The notes beneath the pieces are model-generated. The model made no database searches. It was not told the DNA's origin and saw nothing but the letters and a program-made list of their open reading frames with translations. Both the position numbers and the translations under genes were made by a program. A stretch of DNA of 64,000 nucleotides from Nitrosopumilus sp. Its GTDB lineage: Archaea > Thermoproteota > Nitrososphaeria > Nitrososphaerales > Nitrosopumilaceae. Shown piece after piece: positions 1-12,551 of the stretch; position 1 is the first letter of the stretch; each line of letters starts with the position of its first letter. The DNA lies in NCBI GenBank assembly GCA_965218695.1, contig OZ244651.1:576001-640000 (forward strand). Direction: 5' to 3'.

Positions 1-434
1 GAGCTTGACTTGCTCCTGTCCAGACACCATAGGTAGATGATCTTCGTGACAGGAACCGGCAGTTTGAATACACCGCCATTGTCCTTCAAGAAAGAATATA
101 GCATCTTCAAGTACATCGAAGATCTACCCTGGTTAGACGCCCCTGGGCCCGCCTTCCAGAATGTCTTGTCTGAATGGAAGGAAACGGTCAAGAGAACCAT
201 CGGCATGTCCGTGCCCACGAACGGATGAGTTCTGATGTCCGAGGTAGAAATACGTTTCAAGGAAATCAGTCCTAGTTTCGATTTACGCGACTACTGCCAC
301 AGGAATCTGCTGTCCAGCATCGTGCCATGCCAGGAATTTCAGGTGCGGAAATCCGACCCGATGAGCTTGCATACCGCAGAATCTTAGCACAACAGTCTAA
401 ACAGCAGCATGCTAGGCTGTTCCCCAGAAGACAC

Positions 435-1675
435 TGGGCCGGACCCCGCTAGAATGAGACCGATCAAATCCGAATGCCTTTTGGAGCAGGGGGTCGAGGG
501 AAGGACATGAGCAAGAGACGTAGTCCCCAGGACAAGGCCAGGATAGTGATGGAGTTTTTTACCACCAATGTGCCAGCTGCCGAATTGTGCCGAAAGCACA
601 ACGTGTCGCCTGCAACCTTCCAAGACTGGAAGGACAAGTTCCTGCAGGGAGGCAGGCAGGCTCTCATAAACAGGGGGGATGCAGCCAAAAACCATTTGGC
701 AGAGGTGGAAAACCTCAAGCGCATAATAGGCGAGATCACCGTAGCCAACGACATTTTAAAAAAAACTTTGGAGGGAACAAAGTGATGAGGATGCAGGCCG
801 TAAGTGACGTAAGCAAGTGCATGAGCCTGAACAGGGCCCTGCAATACTGCGGCATGTCCAAACACTCCTGGTACTACGCCAAGAAGCCAAGAGACGTGGC
901 CATGGACCCGGACGTGGTTGACGTGGTTAGGAAGATAGCCTCCAAGCGCCCCGCGTACGGAACCAGACGCATGGCCGCGCAGGTCGCCAGGGAGACAAAC
1001 GTTCCAACAAATCGCAAGAAAATACAGCGGATATATCACAAAATAGGCTGGATCGAGCCCAAAAAGACTAAAAACGACATCATTCGTGCCTCAAGGCGCA
1101 GGAGGTTCAAGCCCACCGCACCCAACCAGCTGTGGGAGACTGACATAACGTACATCCACTGCGGGGTCGACGGATGGTGCTACTGTTTCAATGTCCTTGA
1201 CGTGTTTACCAGAAAGTGGATGGCGTACATGTTTGACACCACGGCTCCTGCCCACACGGCAGTGCAATCGGTGCTAAAGGCGGTGTCGTCTGCAGGAGAG
1301 ATCTCAAACCTGAGGCTCAGGACCGGCAACGGTTCCCAGTACAGCAGCCGCGAATTCAAAAAGGCCATGCAGGCGCTGGGGATAAAGCACGAGTTCATCT
1401 GGAAGCAGACGCCGGAACAGAACGGACACGTGGAGTCATTCCACGGGACGCTCAAAAGGGAGTACATCTGGCCGCATGAGTTTGCGCGCTTTCAAGATGC
1501 AGAAGTCGTACTTGCAAAGGCCTTTGAGGACTACAACAAGGACAGGATCCACTCGGCTCTGGGGTATCTCACACCCGACGAGTTTATCGGCAAGATGGAG
1601 GTTGGGAATAAATGAGAGGCAGGATCATTCGGAAAAAGATGCAAAAAGTGGTACCAAAAACAAGAGTCCAGATCA
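435..1675 (+). mobile_element. IS3-family insertion sequence (OrfA 507-785 / OrfB to 1615, -1 frameshift); probably inactive
   Basis: TG...CA ends with imperfect IRs (TGGGCCGGACCC / TGATCTGGACTC), near-duplication GACAC/GGCAC. HTH OrfA, A9 slippery tract at 757-765, rve integrase OrfB (WETD...NGSQY...VESFH). The second catalytic Asp reads Gly (LRTGNGSQY). Confidence 0.92.
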
Positions 1676-1892
1676 GGCACCTATAATGGCTGCTGCTATG
1701 GCACCCCATTCTGTGAACTCCAACAACATTAACCCGAATACTGGACTTATGTCCGTTACCAATGGAATGTATTATGCTTCTGCACATGTTGGAAATATTT
1801 ACTCAACGTCTTGTATTACCAATCTAGATCACTGAATTTCTAGGGAAAATCAGGTCCTGCAGGCGGGTTGTCGCCAGACATAATTCTTAATT

Positions 1893-2363
1893 TTATTTTT
1901 TAAATATCTGGAGTATCAAATAGCCAATCCCCAAGGCAATAATTCCCAGCAGTATCATCTCCCACCATTTCAAAGGGCGATCTGGCTTAATGATTTTTGG
2001 CAGACTGCACGTATCTGGAATTGGTGTAATTACAGAGTATTCGATTCCAATTTGTTCCAACAGAACCGGCAATCCATCGTGAGAGGGATAACTGTGTATC
2101 TGATTGGTGTGAGCCCCTGGATACTCAGGGGGAGGTTCTAATTCAGATTCTATTATGCCATTTGGCATAACTTTCAAGTGTATTTGTAACAATTCAAAAA
2201 ATCGATATCGTAATCCAAACACTTGGCCATGGTTTTCTTCTCCAACCGGCTGTTTTTCAAATCCTATTTCTTCCAACCGCGTTCTACAAGTGTCAATGTC
2301 TTCTGGTCTAATCATAAAGCAACGACAATGATGTTCATCAGAACCATTTGTATATTTAGACAA
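1893..2363 (-). CDS. Hypothetical protein with C-terminal membrane anchor
   Basis: 156-aa ORF in AT-richer DNA, hydrophobic C-terminus (WWEMILLGIIALGIGYLILQIF). Confidence 0.7.
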   Translation of the reverse strand: MSKYTNGSDEHHCRCFMIRPEDIDTCRTRLEEIGFEKQPVGEENHGQVFGLRYRFFELLQIHLKVMPNGIIESELEPPPEYPGAHTNQIHSYPSHDGLPVLLEQIGIEYSVITPIPDTCSLPKIIKPDRPLKWWEMILLGIIALGIGYLILQIFKK

Positions 2364-2406
2364 TAGTTAATCGTTTTCATATTGTGTTAATAAATTCACT
2401 GGTTGA

Positions 2407-2578
2407 CCTTGAACACATGCTCAGGCCTCCTTCCAACTCAGGTGTGAATATCCACATAATCATGTATTCTTGTGCCTAAACTGAATTTTAACTTGAGGAT
2501 GTATAACCACGCAGGTTTAGAATGCACATGCTAAATCCCGAAGACGTGAAAAGGTGGGCTAGAAGACTAATCAGTTGA
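2407..2578 (+). pseudogene. Decayed 3' remnant of a dCMP deaminase paralog
   Basis: Frameshifted translation HAGLECT/MLNPEDVKRWARRLI matches the C-terminus AAGIECTMLDPIDVKRWAGLIA of the intact deaminase at 47715-48206. Confidence 0.55.
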
Positions 2579-2812
2579 TCCGCAGTTGAGACATGAGCGA
2601 CGGGGGCTCTTCAAATCGGGTAATCTGGCACGTATTGGTTGGATGGATGTTGGTTGGGATTCACAATTTTGAGTAGAGTCGATTTTCGTCGGTGTATATC
2701 TTGGCATCTTTCGCCTTGTGCTCATCGATATAAGCCCCGTTTTTTGACGAAGATGTGGGCAATGCTTCTTTTTGTACAATATAGCTATATTATACCGTAA
2801 TGTACTGTATGC

Positions 2813-3067
2813 ATGAACTTAGAAATCACGCATGTGCGCAAGGATACCACAAATAGGATATCGCATGTTAAGATTGTTCAGAGAATATTCCCAGTTGGGA
2901 CGGTAGCATCATGGATACGAACAAAACAGCATTATGTTTATACGAAGAAACTTGGAACAGTTGCAACGGTTTATGCTAGAGTACACCCAACAACAAAGAG
3001 AACATTCCTGACTACTGAGCCGGATGGGATTTATGAAAACAACTTAGAGTTCTTGCCTGCATGCTAA
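2813..3067 (+). CDS. DUF3892-like small protein
   Basis: ITHVRKD...ISHVK and C-terminal FLTTEPDGIYENNLEFLPAC match the DUF3892 pattern. Confidence 0.75.
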   Translation: MNLEITHVRKDTTNRISHVKIVQRIFPVGTVASWIRTKQHYVYTKKLGTVATVYARVHPTTKRTFLTTEPDGIYENNLEFLPAC

Positions 3068-3292
3068 ATTTATGGGGCGGGCATAAAAGACAATCTAATC
3101 GGATAGGCAAATTGTGTCCTTTAGTGGTCCGTACCAAGCTTTAGGCGCATTTCCCTTGTAAAATAGGCAACACACACTCGCGGGACGGACCGGCAGTACC
3201 AAGTCCAAGTTGCTAGCGCGTCATGCCCTGTCTATCAGTTTCAGCGCACACCACTTGATCTCAGTAATCCCAGATGTGCCATCTAGCACCTG

Positions 3293-4579
3293 ATGCAAAC
3301 AGATCAATGGGGGCACGCCCAGACGATCCTTATGTACCACCAAAAAGATCGCCTGAGACGCGATATGATGAACAATGGCAAAATATATGAATCTGTTGAG
3401 AAGGTGCTGAGAGAAAGCATCGTGCCGTCCGCCGAGGTCTCCAAAAGGTACAACGCGACATATGGCGCAAGCGACTTTAACGTCGGCATGCTGCATGCCG
3501 CGATGCTTGACACTTCGGTCGGCGGATGCAGCTTCGCCATGAGAGAAATCACGGCGCAGTCCATCGAGAATCCAAGATATTCACGTCATTCTCCAAGCGA
3601 CGAGTGGTTTCGCGATATCCTGTCCAAGACGGACAAGGGTAAGGCGCTTGAGACTTTTAACCAGGCGGTAAGGGCACAGCTGGATGAGCTTTACCTGTTT
3701 GGCAGGCTGCCTGATGTGCTTGATGTGGCCATCGACATGCACCTGATACCGTGCCACAGCAAGAAACTTGGCTCTGACCTGAGAGGCGGAGAGCGCAAGA
3801 GCGGCACCAACAGATTCGAGGCGTACATCACGGCGCAGTGCGTCAACTCCAAATCGCGGCTTATCCTTGCGGCCCTATACGTGGACAAGTCCTCATCCGT
3901 GCACGAATCCCTGCGTGAAATCCTCAATTCGTGCCTAGAAAACGTCTCCGCCGTCGGATCCAGGCTGGGACTGATCCTGGTTGACAGGGGCTTCTTTTCA
4001 GTGAACTCAATATCCGAGATTGAGCGTCTTAGCCTTGAGTACCTGATGCCGTGCACCAGAACCAGTAGGGTGAAAGACTCGCTGCGCAAGTTCGTGGCCA
4101 AAACGCTCGGCCCCATCTCAAAATCCGACATGACGAATTCTGACAAGGCAACGGTTCAGTACCACATGATCATAGCAGAGAAGAAGAGAGTAAGGAAGGA
4201 AAGTGAGGGGGCGAAGAACGGGGACAAGAAGGCAGGTGCGCCGGAAGATCGATACATTGCGTTTGCCACCAATGCCCCGTGGATGGATGTAGAGGAATAT
4301 TCCAAAAGGTGGACCATCGAGACATGCTACAGACTGGTAGAGAATGCCAGGGCAAAATCGTTCGGCAGCAGTAGGCCTGCCCGGCTTTTCTGCTTTCTGT
4401 ACTCGCTGATGCTATTCAATGCGTGGGTGCTGGTAAACGCGCAGCTGGCCAGCTTTCTGAAGCTGCGTGACGGAGTCCTTCCGGTGACGCAGCTGTATAT
4501 GAAAATTGTCACGCTAATAGCAATCTATCGGAATATTACGATTCAGCCCGAGCCACCGCCAGATCCCGTGGCTCCGTGA
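3293..4579 (+). mobile_element. ISH3/IS4-family transposase
   Basis: VAIDMH...VDRGF...RWTIETCYR DDE motifs; a CAGTACC left-end-like motif near 3194. The true start may be about 3365. Confidence 0.88.
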
Positions 4580-4625
4580 GCACATCTGGGATTACTGGAT
4601 CTCCACGTTGCTGTGGTCGTCATAG

Positions 4626-5872
4626 CAGCTAAGCGAAAAGTGCCTCATCTGAGATCAGGTAGGCGGTTTGGACTGGCGTATGAGGAGTGATTCCAACTGC
4701 ACCTTGAACGTGAGCATGGTCATGACACTCTGCCTTTCGGTACCGTCAGAAAGCATTGCCCTGACGATTATCCATTCATTGTACAATGTTAGGGAATAGT
4801 AAAAACACAACATCCGCGATTCCATGTCCGAAATCCGCGTCTTGGCCCTGCACTCCTCGATTTTACCGTACCCGGTCTCTATTCCCCATCTTTTGGCATA
4901 AGCCTCCGTCTTGATTGTGGGGTGGTTTGTTGCAAACCCGATGTACCTCTCTTCTGGAACGTCAGGGTCTTTGGCGTTTTTTCTTTCAGTTATTATCATG
5001 GAATATTCGACGGAGCCCTGGTTGTTCTCAATCACGTTTGTTGAGATCCTTTCCCTCTTTCCTTGTGCAAAATCCTGCAGGGCTTCCACCACGTTGGGCG
5101 TGTTCCTGCACGGCATCAGGTACCTTACGCCGTTTGCCCGCAGCCTGCTTATCGTGTCGACTGAGAAGAATTCCCGGTCAAGCAGCGCCAGGCGGATCCT
5201 GATGCCCATCCCTGCCATGGTCTTGAGGACTGCATCCACGTAATCAGGCACGAATTCGAGCCTTTTGAGGTATGATGCTGCAAGGACCATGCGCATCTTG
5301 TCGTTTACGCACTGGACTGTCATGTAACGCTCAAAATACGTGGTTCCGTTTTTGTATTTGGAACGGGTCAGCTCCCCTCCGGGTGCCCGGTCATAACGCG
5401 GTATGAGGTGCATGTCGATTGCGATGTCCAGTCCTTCTTTTGGGAATTTGCCCAGTTTTTTGAATGTGTCAAGTTGCACTGCCACCATTTCTTCGAATGC
5501 GCGCTGAACCGTGCCCTGCTCCATCCCCTTGATTGCCGATGCATGCCACCTGTCGGAGGGAGCGTCGCAGTGCGTGCGCTTTACCGCGTTTGCGCACCCG
5601 CCTACGGACGAATCCATGGTGGCTCCCCTCAGCATGCCGTGATTTAGATCGTCTGTTCCAAATACCGCATTGTACCTGTTTGACGTGTTGGCGCAGGCAA
5701 GCATGTTTTTCATGCCGCTTGCGACATCTTGATATATTCTTGGATTGTTCAGTAGATCGCGGCCCTGCTTGGTTTTTTGTCTAGACAACAAAAACCATAG
5801 GGCCGTACCCTTATTGATCTGCTTGCATTCTTGTCAGATTTTGCCTAGATCAAAGCACATTTCGCTTAGCTG
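4626..5872 (-). mobile_element. ISH3/IS4-family insertion sequence (transposase 4655-5791)
   Basis: Terminal IRs CAGCTAAGCGAAA(A/T)GTGC at both ends, flanks CATAG/AATAG; AIDMH...LDREF...RWGIETGY motifs. Confidence 0.9.
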
Positions 5873-6024
5873 AATAGGTGCAAACCTATTTCTGTTTATC
5901 ATGGGTTGATCTTCTGTTCCAGAATTAACTTCGATGATCAATCACGTGTGCGCCACGGTGGTTGCACTGTTTATAGGTACAAAACGAGAGATCCTGAAAA
6001 AACCATTCCGTCGCATGGACCTAG

Positions 6025-9000
6025 TCACGATTCTATCTGCGACTTTCCGCCGGTCTTTGACACCCTGTAGATTCGGTCCGCGTACGACTCTAGTTCCGCG
6101 TCGTGGGACACCAGTATCACCTGCGTGGCGCCTGCCTCGTCCAGTACCGTCCGGACCTTCTCCAGCTGCGACTTTGAAAAGCCGTCAGTCGGTTCGTCAA
6201 GCATCAGCGCGCCCGACTCCATGCCGGAGTCCTCCCGCACCATCTTGGCCAGTGTCAAGCGGTACGCCAGCGCTATGCTGGTCTTCTCGCCTCCCGACAG
6301 GTTATACACCGACTGGTCGTGGCCTGATTCCGTGATTATCGGGGTAAAGTCGGCGTCTATGCCGGACTCCTTGGCGGGGTCGTCAAGCAGTATGGAGTAG
6401 AACTCCCCGTACAGGCGGTTGAACCTCGCGCGGATGCTCTCCAGTGAACGCTCCTCCATGATGTTGACGGACGGCACGAATATCTTCTCCATCCATTCCC
6501 GGTATCGTCCCAGGCTGGCATGCTTGGCCTTCCAGGACTTGCGATCTTCTATGGAATCCTTGCACTCTGCTATGGCCTCCTGCGCGTTCTTCAGGTTGGT
6601 TCTGGCAGTGGCCAGATCCACATTGACGCTTGACTCCTTTTGGCGCCACGACGCCAGCGTCTCTTCGATTGACTTCATGGTCTCGTCCAGTTTGTCAAAC
6701 GGGGCAAGCTCGGCCCGCTTTGCGGACAATGCTTCCTCCAGGGAATGGAGCCTTTGTTCGTCTGATTTGATTGATTCGGATGCCTTCACCGCCTGCGACT
6801 CCAGAGACATCATCCGTAATTGGGCATAATCACGAGATTGGACGCATTGCAGGACAAATCTGGCTGACTGCATGGAATTGCATGTCAATTCGAACTTGCC
6901 CGATGATCAAAACTATACGTCAGCCGTGTTTTATTCTGATTGCCAATGTCAAAGCATGTCATTATACGACAAATTAGCAAAAAAGCCCAAACTGTTCATC
7001 CGGTGCACTGGACTGACAGTCTCCGAATTTAATTTGGTGGCAGGGCGGCTGGCAAAAAAATACCCCAAGGCAGAGCAAAAGCGACTCGCCAAAAGAAGCA
7101 GGGTGCGCGGCATTGGTGCCGGACGCAGGTGGAAACTGGATCTGAAAAACAGGTTTCTTCTGGTCCTGTTTTATTACAGGACATACGCTACGCAGGATCT
7201 TCTTGCCATGGTGTTTCAGATGGGCCAGGCTAGCGTGTCCCGCAGCATGGGGGCACTGGAGCCGTCGATCCGGCAGTGCGTTCCGCTTCCGTCAAAGATC
7301 TACGCCAACATCAAGGCCACCAAGACGCTTGACGATCTTGAGGAGATCATTCCGGGCCTGACTGCCCTGATTGATGCCTCAGAGCAGCAGATACAACGTC
7401 CCGGACGCAAGGACATGGAACGGTCCCACTACTCGGGCAAGGCACACAGGCACACGTCCAAGATCCAGTACACGTCGGCCACAGATGGCCTCATCATTCA
7501 CAAGACCCGGCATTCCCCGGGCAGGATCCACGACTTTGCAGTATTCAAAAAGAAACACCCGACATTCCCTGACAACCTTTCACGCAAGGACGGGAGCAAG
7601 GACAAGGAAAGGATCAAAGTCAGAGAGATCCTGGACAACGGATACCAGGGGATCAACAAAGAATTTCCTGACCGGGATGCAGTAGTGCCGTACAAGAAGC
7701 AAAAAGGCGCAGAATTGTCCCCCGAGCAGAAGGAATTCAACAAAAAGCACTCAAAGGCACGGGTGTATGTGGAGCACGCCATCCGCAGGGTCAAACGGTT
7801 TCGCATAATGAGCGGTGTCTACCGAAACCGCCTGAAAAAATACGACACCGTCAATGACATCGTCTGCGGATTTGCCAACCTCAGGGTTCTCCTAGTCCGG
7901 GAAGCAACCTGATAGGAGTCAAAAAACCTACACAGTATAGGAAAATATGTACAATTTCTAATTACGGATTATGTCTCAGGGACTCCAAGGCGGCCTTTGC
8001 ATCCTTCAGGTCATGGATGGCATCCTCGTACTCTGCGACGGAGCGGCGCAATCCATCCAGGTCGCCCAGGCGTGACTTGGCCTTCTGCAGCGGCCTTGCC
8101 TTGGATGCCAGCGATTCAAAATCTGCTGTTTTGGTGCTGATTATATCCCCGGTCTCCTCGGCGTCCCTTGCCGCCTGCAGTTGTTCCCGCGCATCCGAAA
8201 TGGTTGACTCCGTCTTGGATATCAACGCGTTTGCCTCCTTGGCCTGCACGGATATCTCATCCAAGTTTGACTTCAAAGACATGATCCTCTTTCCGACCGT
8301 CTTGGCAGCCTCCTTCCCGTCCGTTCCATGCAGTCCCTGCATGCAAAGGGGGCAGGAGTCGTCATGCTCCAAACTTTCAGCATTCTCTTCTAGCATGCGC
8401 ACCTTGCCACGAAGCACGCTGCCGCGCGCCACGAGGTCGTCCCTTGAAGATTTTGCGTCTTCAAGTTCCGCCTGCATCAGGTCCACGCGGACCTGCAACT
8501 CGCCTACGTCCGCGGCATGGTCGGCAATGCCTGCCTGCAGCGACTTGATCTCCGCGTCCAGTGAATCCATCTTGGCAGTCACACGTATCAATTCGTCTGC
8601 GTCTGGCCGCAGCCGTTCCATGGAAACGTCCAGCTGGCGCAGCGTCATGGTGGAGTGAGGCTTTGGAATCGCGCCGGCGTCCAGTTTCTCCTTCAGCGGT
8701 ACCATCGCTGCACGATACCCATCTGCCTCCCTGGTCGCCTTGCCGATGTTCTCCCGAATGCCCTCAATCTGGGATTCCAGCACGTCTGCCTCGCTTGACG
8801 CCTTGTTTTTCGCGTCCCGTTCCTTTTCGGCCTTTGAGTATGCTGCCTCGCACGACCTTACCTCCACTCCTGCCGCCTTGGCGTCTGCATCCAGCAGCGC
8901 TATGTTACCCTTCAAATCCTTGGCCATGTCCTGGTGCGATGCAAGTTTTTCCTCCAACTGGGGCACGTCCTCGAACCGTATGGAATACTCCTTCATGGTG

Positions 9001-9560
9001 CGCTTTATCTCCGACACCACCTTCTTGGCATTCTCCCTTGCCACTGCAAACCCGTCTATCTTGAACGCCCTGCGTATGGTCTCGGTGCGTTTTTTGGGAT
9101 CTGCCAGCACGGCCTGCATGTCCTCCTGCGGCGTGTACACGGCGTACCGGAATATGCTGGTCTCGGCGCTGGTTCCGGCAGGCTCGTCGGTCCCCAAAAT
9201 CTGTATAACCTTCTGCTTCATCTCGCCCACGCCCAGCGTGTCGTCCTTGACCCCGTCCTCGCTTATCCACGCGCTCTTCGCATTCTGCCCTATCTTGCCG
9301 CCGGACTCCTTGATGGCACGGTATATCTCGTAGGAGCGGCCGTTGGACTCGAATGCCAGCTTGATGGAGCCCGACTGTTTCCCCTTAGACAGGAGGGCGT
9401 CGGACTTTTGCCCGCCGAAGCCGAACAACGCGAACTCTATGGCCATCAATATGGTAGACTTGCCGCATCCGATATCGCCAATCAACAGCGTGGTGCCGGA
9501 GTCAAACTCGATGCGGCATGAATCGTAGCTCCGCACGTTGTCGATTTCCAGGGATGGAAA
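6025..9560 (-). pseudogene. rad50: Second Rad50/SMC-like ATPase, split by an IS and lacking an obvious start
   Basis: N-half (GDIGCGKST Walker A, YTPQE Q-loop, CPLC hook) and C-half (LSGGE signature, LDEPT, VSHD). Removing 6805-7976 plus one CAG copy restores one frame of about 780 aa. Confidence 0.9.
6805..7976 (+). mobile_element. IS5-family (DDE_Tnp_4, ISL2-like) insertion sequence; transposase 6956-7912
   Basis: IRs AGACATCATCCGTAATT / AATTACGGATTATGTCT, 3-bp target duplication CAG; IDASEQ...DNGYQG...RVYVEHAI motifs. Confidence 0.92.
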
Positions 9561-9899
9561 AAGCGGCGGACTTGGCAGAACTGCAGGCCAGAGCCACGAA
9601 GAACGAAATAATCAAAAAACGCCACAAGCTTGGTCGCAGCTAGTCCTCGCACATCTTTATTCCGTGCGCGTATTCCATGGCGTAGAACCCGTAAAACATG
9701 CACTCGAATCCCAGACCAACATTCCTGGCTATTGCTGCATTCTCCAACCTGCCGGCGGCCTTTTCCTTCTTTGCCGCATCATACATGGCCGCAGCCGTGC
9801 GCAGCAATTCCTCGCAGTCCATGATGACATGATGCGCCTGAATGGTAAATGAGTTTTGTGGCAGTAGGATGCGGGTCAAGACGCGCGGTTCCGGCCGCC

Positions 9900-10553
9900 C
9901 TACCACTGGTACGCGAACGCGACTGCAACCACGAAGAACGCTGACACGGCTGCAAACGTTATGAACGGGGGCGCGTATTCGACGTAGTTGCGCGTGGACG
10001 GTCCTGCAAACTCTTGGTTGGCCGACTTGCGCCCCAGTTTCAGTCTCCGTCTGCCGTCCACGGTATTTTCTGCCAGAAAGACGTGCTTGTCAAACCCGCG
10101 TTGCCTGTGCACCAAAAAGAACGCAAGGCACTTGCGCACGCGTCCGTCAGACACGTCGCCAAACAGCCTGCCGCGCGCCGCATCAGACACGTTGAGCAGC
10201 ACGTTCCCGCCAACCGTGAAGGCCACGCCAAACACTATACCGACGATAAACACCATCAGCATGGTAGGCATAAACCCCGCATAGACAGGGTATATGACGG
10301 CGCCGGTAATTATGGCAAACATGTCGGCCGTGCCGAACACCTTGAACCTCCACAGCATGACTGCAGCCGATGCAGAACACAGTACCAACAGCACCGCGTA
10401 GGAGTCCGTGTTTTGCCAGTCAAGCACGTACAGTGCGGCACCGGCGGCGCCGAATACGAGAAACAGCCTGTCGTCCATTTCGCGGGTCCGAAAATCGAAC
10501 CACCCAAGCACGGCAAACATTCCAAGAAACAACGCCATGCGGATCTCTTCCAT
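9900..10553 (-). CDS. A24-family prepilin/preflagellin peptidase (PibD/FlaK-like)
   Basis: Multi-pass membrane protein with WFDFRTREMDD and FGTAD aspartate motifs and a C-terminal YAPPFI motif. Confidence 0.8.
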   Translation of the reverse strand: MEEIRMALFLGMFAVLGWFDFRTREMDDRLFLVFGAAGAALYVLDWQNTDSYAVLLVLCSASAAVMLWRFKVFGTADMFAIITGAVIYPVYAGFMPTMLMVFIVGIVFGVAFTVGGNVLLNVSDAARGRLFGDVSDGRVRKCLAFFLVHRQRGFDKHVFLAENTVDGRRRLKLGRKSANQEFAGPSTRNYVEYAPPFITFAAVSAFFVVAVAFAYQW

Positions 10554-10627
10554 GGGGTGAATTCACGCGTGGCATAAAAGGCCGGCAGCCGGTTTTAGTC
10601 CTTAAATGCCAAAGCATCCTTCAAACC

Positions 10628-12538
10628 ATGGCAAAACGGCGCGGCGTGTTTACCATATTGGGAATGGTTGCCATCATGTTAGTTGTGGTTGCCGGCATAA
10701 TTGCCGTAAGCCAGTCGTTTGTCACGCTTGCCGGGCTGCAGCTGCCCACCATACTTACCGATATGCCGACGTTCTACGAGTATACAGACGATGGGGCGCG
10801 GGTGCTCACTACACCAGAATGCAATGAAAGTGGTGCGCATTTTTCCGGGAAATGCACAGGGGCGTCTGAAATATGCACGGAAGGCGGCGGATCCGGATGC
10901 GAGGCCAAGGAGACCGGGTACCTGAAGTTCTACTGGTTCCTGGCACAGTATTCGCTGGCGATAATGATGTTTGTGATTGGGATATCTGTCATGGAATACA
11001 TCATGTCCGGGACGGGTTTTACCAACGAGTCCAACGCCATAGACAGGGTCAAGAAAGTCATACCGTTCCTGGTCATTATCATGATACTGCCAATCATCTG
11101 GGATCCGGTCGCGATTATAATAGAGGAGATTGCACTGTACCTGATGGCGCCGTTCCCCGAAGACAGGACGGACATCGGGCTGACCGGGCTGACGATAGAC
11201 CAGACCACGCTGGAGGGCCGCGCGTCGGCGCGTTCTGCGTGGCTGTGGATGGAGGCAGGGCACATCATACCGCCAAGCACGTGGGATCCAGAGGCATGGT
11301 CGGTGTTCCTGGTGGATCCGGCAAGATTCATGGAAGAGACGATATCGATTGCGTTCCTGGGCGTCTTCAAGGCGTACGTAGTCATATTGTTAGGAATAGA
11401 GATGTGGGTAACGGGAATACTGCGCGTCGTGCTTACCATGATAATTTTGATTTCCATCCCGATATTCCTTCCGATGACGCTGATTCCAAAGTTCGACAAA
11501 CACGCCAGCGACTACGTCAACGCCATATTTGGTTTGATGATGGCGCCAATATTGTCTGCCATAATATTCACCGCGGGAGTGGCATACCTGCAGTCGTCGT
11601 TTGACCAGCCGGCGTTGATACGCTGGCTGTCCGCGGTATGCGTATGTTTTCTGTGCTCTTCTGCAGTCACGTCTGTCGGCGGCTCGTTGTTGATGACTAC
11701 CAAGGGTGAGGTGATGGGAGCGATGAAGGCCGCATTGATCGCTGCTGCCACGACTGTAAGCGCGGCTGCAACCGGCGGCATGGGTGCAGTAGGTGGCGCG
11801 GGTGCAATAGGTGGCGTTGCCGGTCCAGCAATTGGCGTTGCTAAGGGCGTGGTCGGCGGTACCGTCTCTTCGGCCATCCAGACTGGCATGTTGGGCGGCG
11901 GAGGCGGCGGCGGCGGAGGCATGCAGCCAAATGTTAACGAGGTCCAAATAATGCCGGGTGGCGCTCCAGGCGGAGTACCCGGTGTGGGTGCCAGCACGGG
12001 CAGCGTACCAGGTGGTATTCCTGGAGGCGGACTAGGAGTCATTCCAGGCGTGGCGTCAGGCGACGGCGGCAGCAGTGGCGGTGCGAGGAAAGCCCAGCCC
12101 GGTTTTGACGGTGGGTACTATCCTGGCGGCAGCGGCAGCACTGATGCCGAGGATGGCAGTACCGGCGATGACAGTGGAGAGGAAGAGACGCCAAAAAAGA
12201 AACCGTCATTCTGGCAGAAACACGGCCTTACGGAGCCGGATCCGGAACTGCCAGAAGGGGCAACGAAACCGTCATTCTGGAACAAGGCGACCGCGTTTGG
12301 TCTTGGTGCAATGGCCGGCGCGGCCGGCCCGATAATACAGGGCTCGCTTCCGAAAGAATTCGGGATAGGTGAGGTGACTGAACCGCTTGCAGAACGGGCC
12401 ACGCAATTCAGTGAAAAAATGCAGGAGAGTTATGCAGAAACAGTTGAACCAAAGGAGACAGAATCTACTGGACTCAAAAACGACGTAAAAGTGCAGAAAC
12501 CCGAAGACGACAGAATGCTTGGCCAGATGTACCAATAA
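10628..12538 (+). CDS. VirB6/TrbL-like polytopic membrane protein with Gly-rich tail
   Basis: About 7-8 TM segments (GILRVVLTMIILISIPIFLPM pattern), followed by a long Gly/Ala-rich low-complexity region, as in TrbL/VirB6 proteins. Confidence 0.6.
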   Translation: MAKRRGVFTILGMVAIMLVVVAGIIAVSQSFVTLAGLQLPTILTDMPTFYEYTDDGARVLTTPECNESGAHFSGKCTGASEICTEGGGSGCEAKETGYLKFYWFLAQYSLAIMMFVIGISVMEYIMSGTGFTNESNAIDRVKKVIPFLVIIMILPIIWDPVAIIIEEIALYLMAPFPEDRTDIGLTGLTIDQTTLEGRASARSAWLWMEAGHIIPPSTWDPEAWSVFLVDPARFMEETISIAFLGVFKAYVVILLGIEMWVTGILRVVLTMIILISIPIFLPMTLIPKFDKHASDYVNAIFGLMMAPILSAIIFTAGVAYLQSSFDQPALIRWLSAVCVCFLCSSAVTSVGGSLLMTTKGEVMGAMKAALIAAATTVSAAATGGMGAVGGAGAIGGVAGPAIGVAKGVVGGTVSSAIQTGMLGGGGGGGGGMQPNVNEVQIMPGGAPGGVPGVGASTGSVPGGIPGGGLGVIPGVASGDGGSSGGARKAQPGFDGGYYPGGSGSTDAEDGSTGDDSGEEETPKKKPSFWQKHGLTEPDPELPEGATKPSFWNKATAFGLGAMAGAAGPIIQGSLPKEFGIGEVTEPLAERATQFSEKMQESYAETVEPKETESTGLKNDVKVQKPEDDRMLGQMYQ

Positions 12539-12551
12539 TGATTCAGTACGA

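Noticed and set aside
8017-9521. Many long overlapping plus-strand ORFs (also opposite nrdJ, polB and the transposases)
   Set aside because: Antisense shadows of GC-rich coding genes, with no motifs or promoters.
11770-12140. GGC-rich repeats
   Set aside because: Explained by the Gly-rich tail of the VirB6-like protein.
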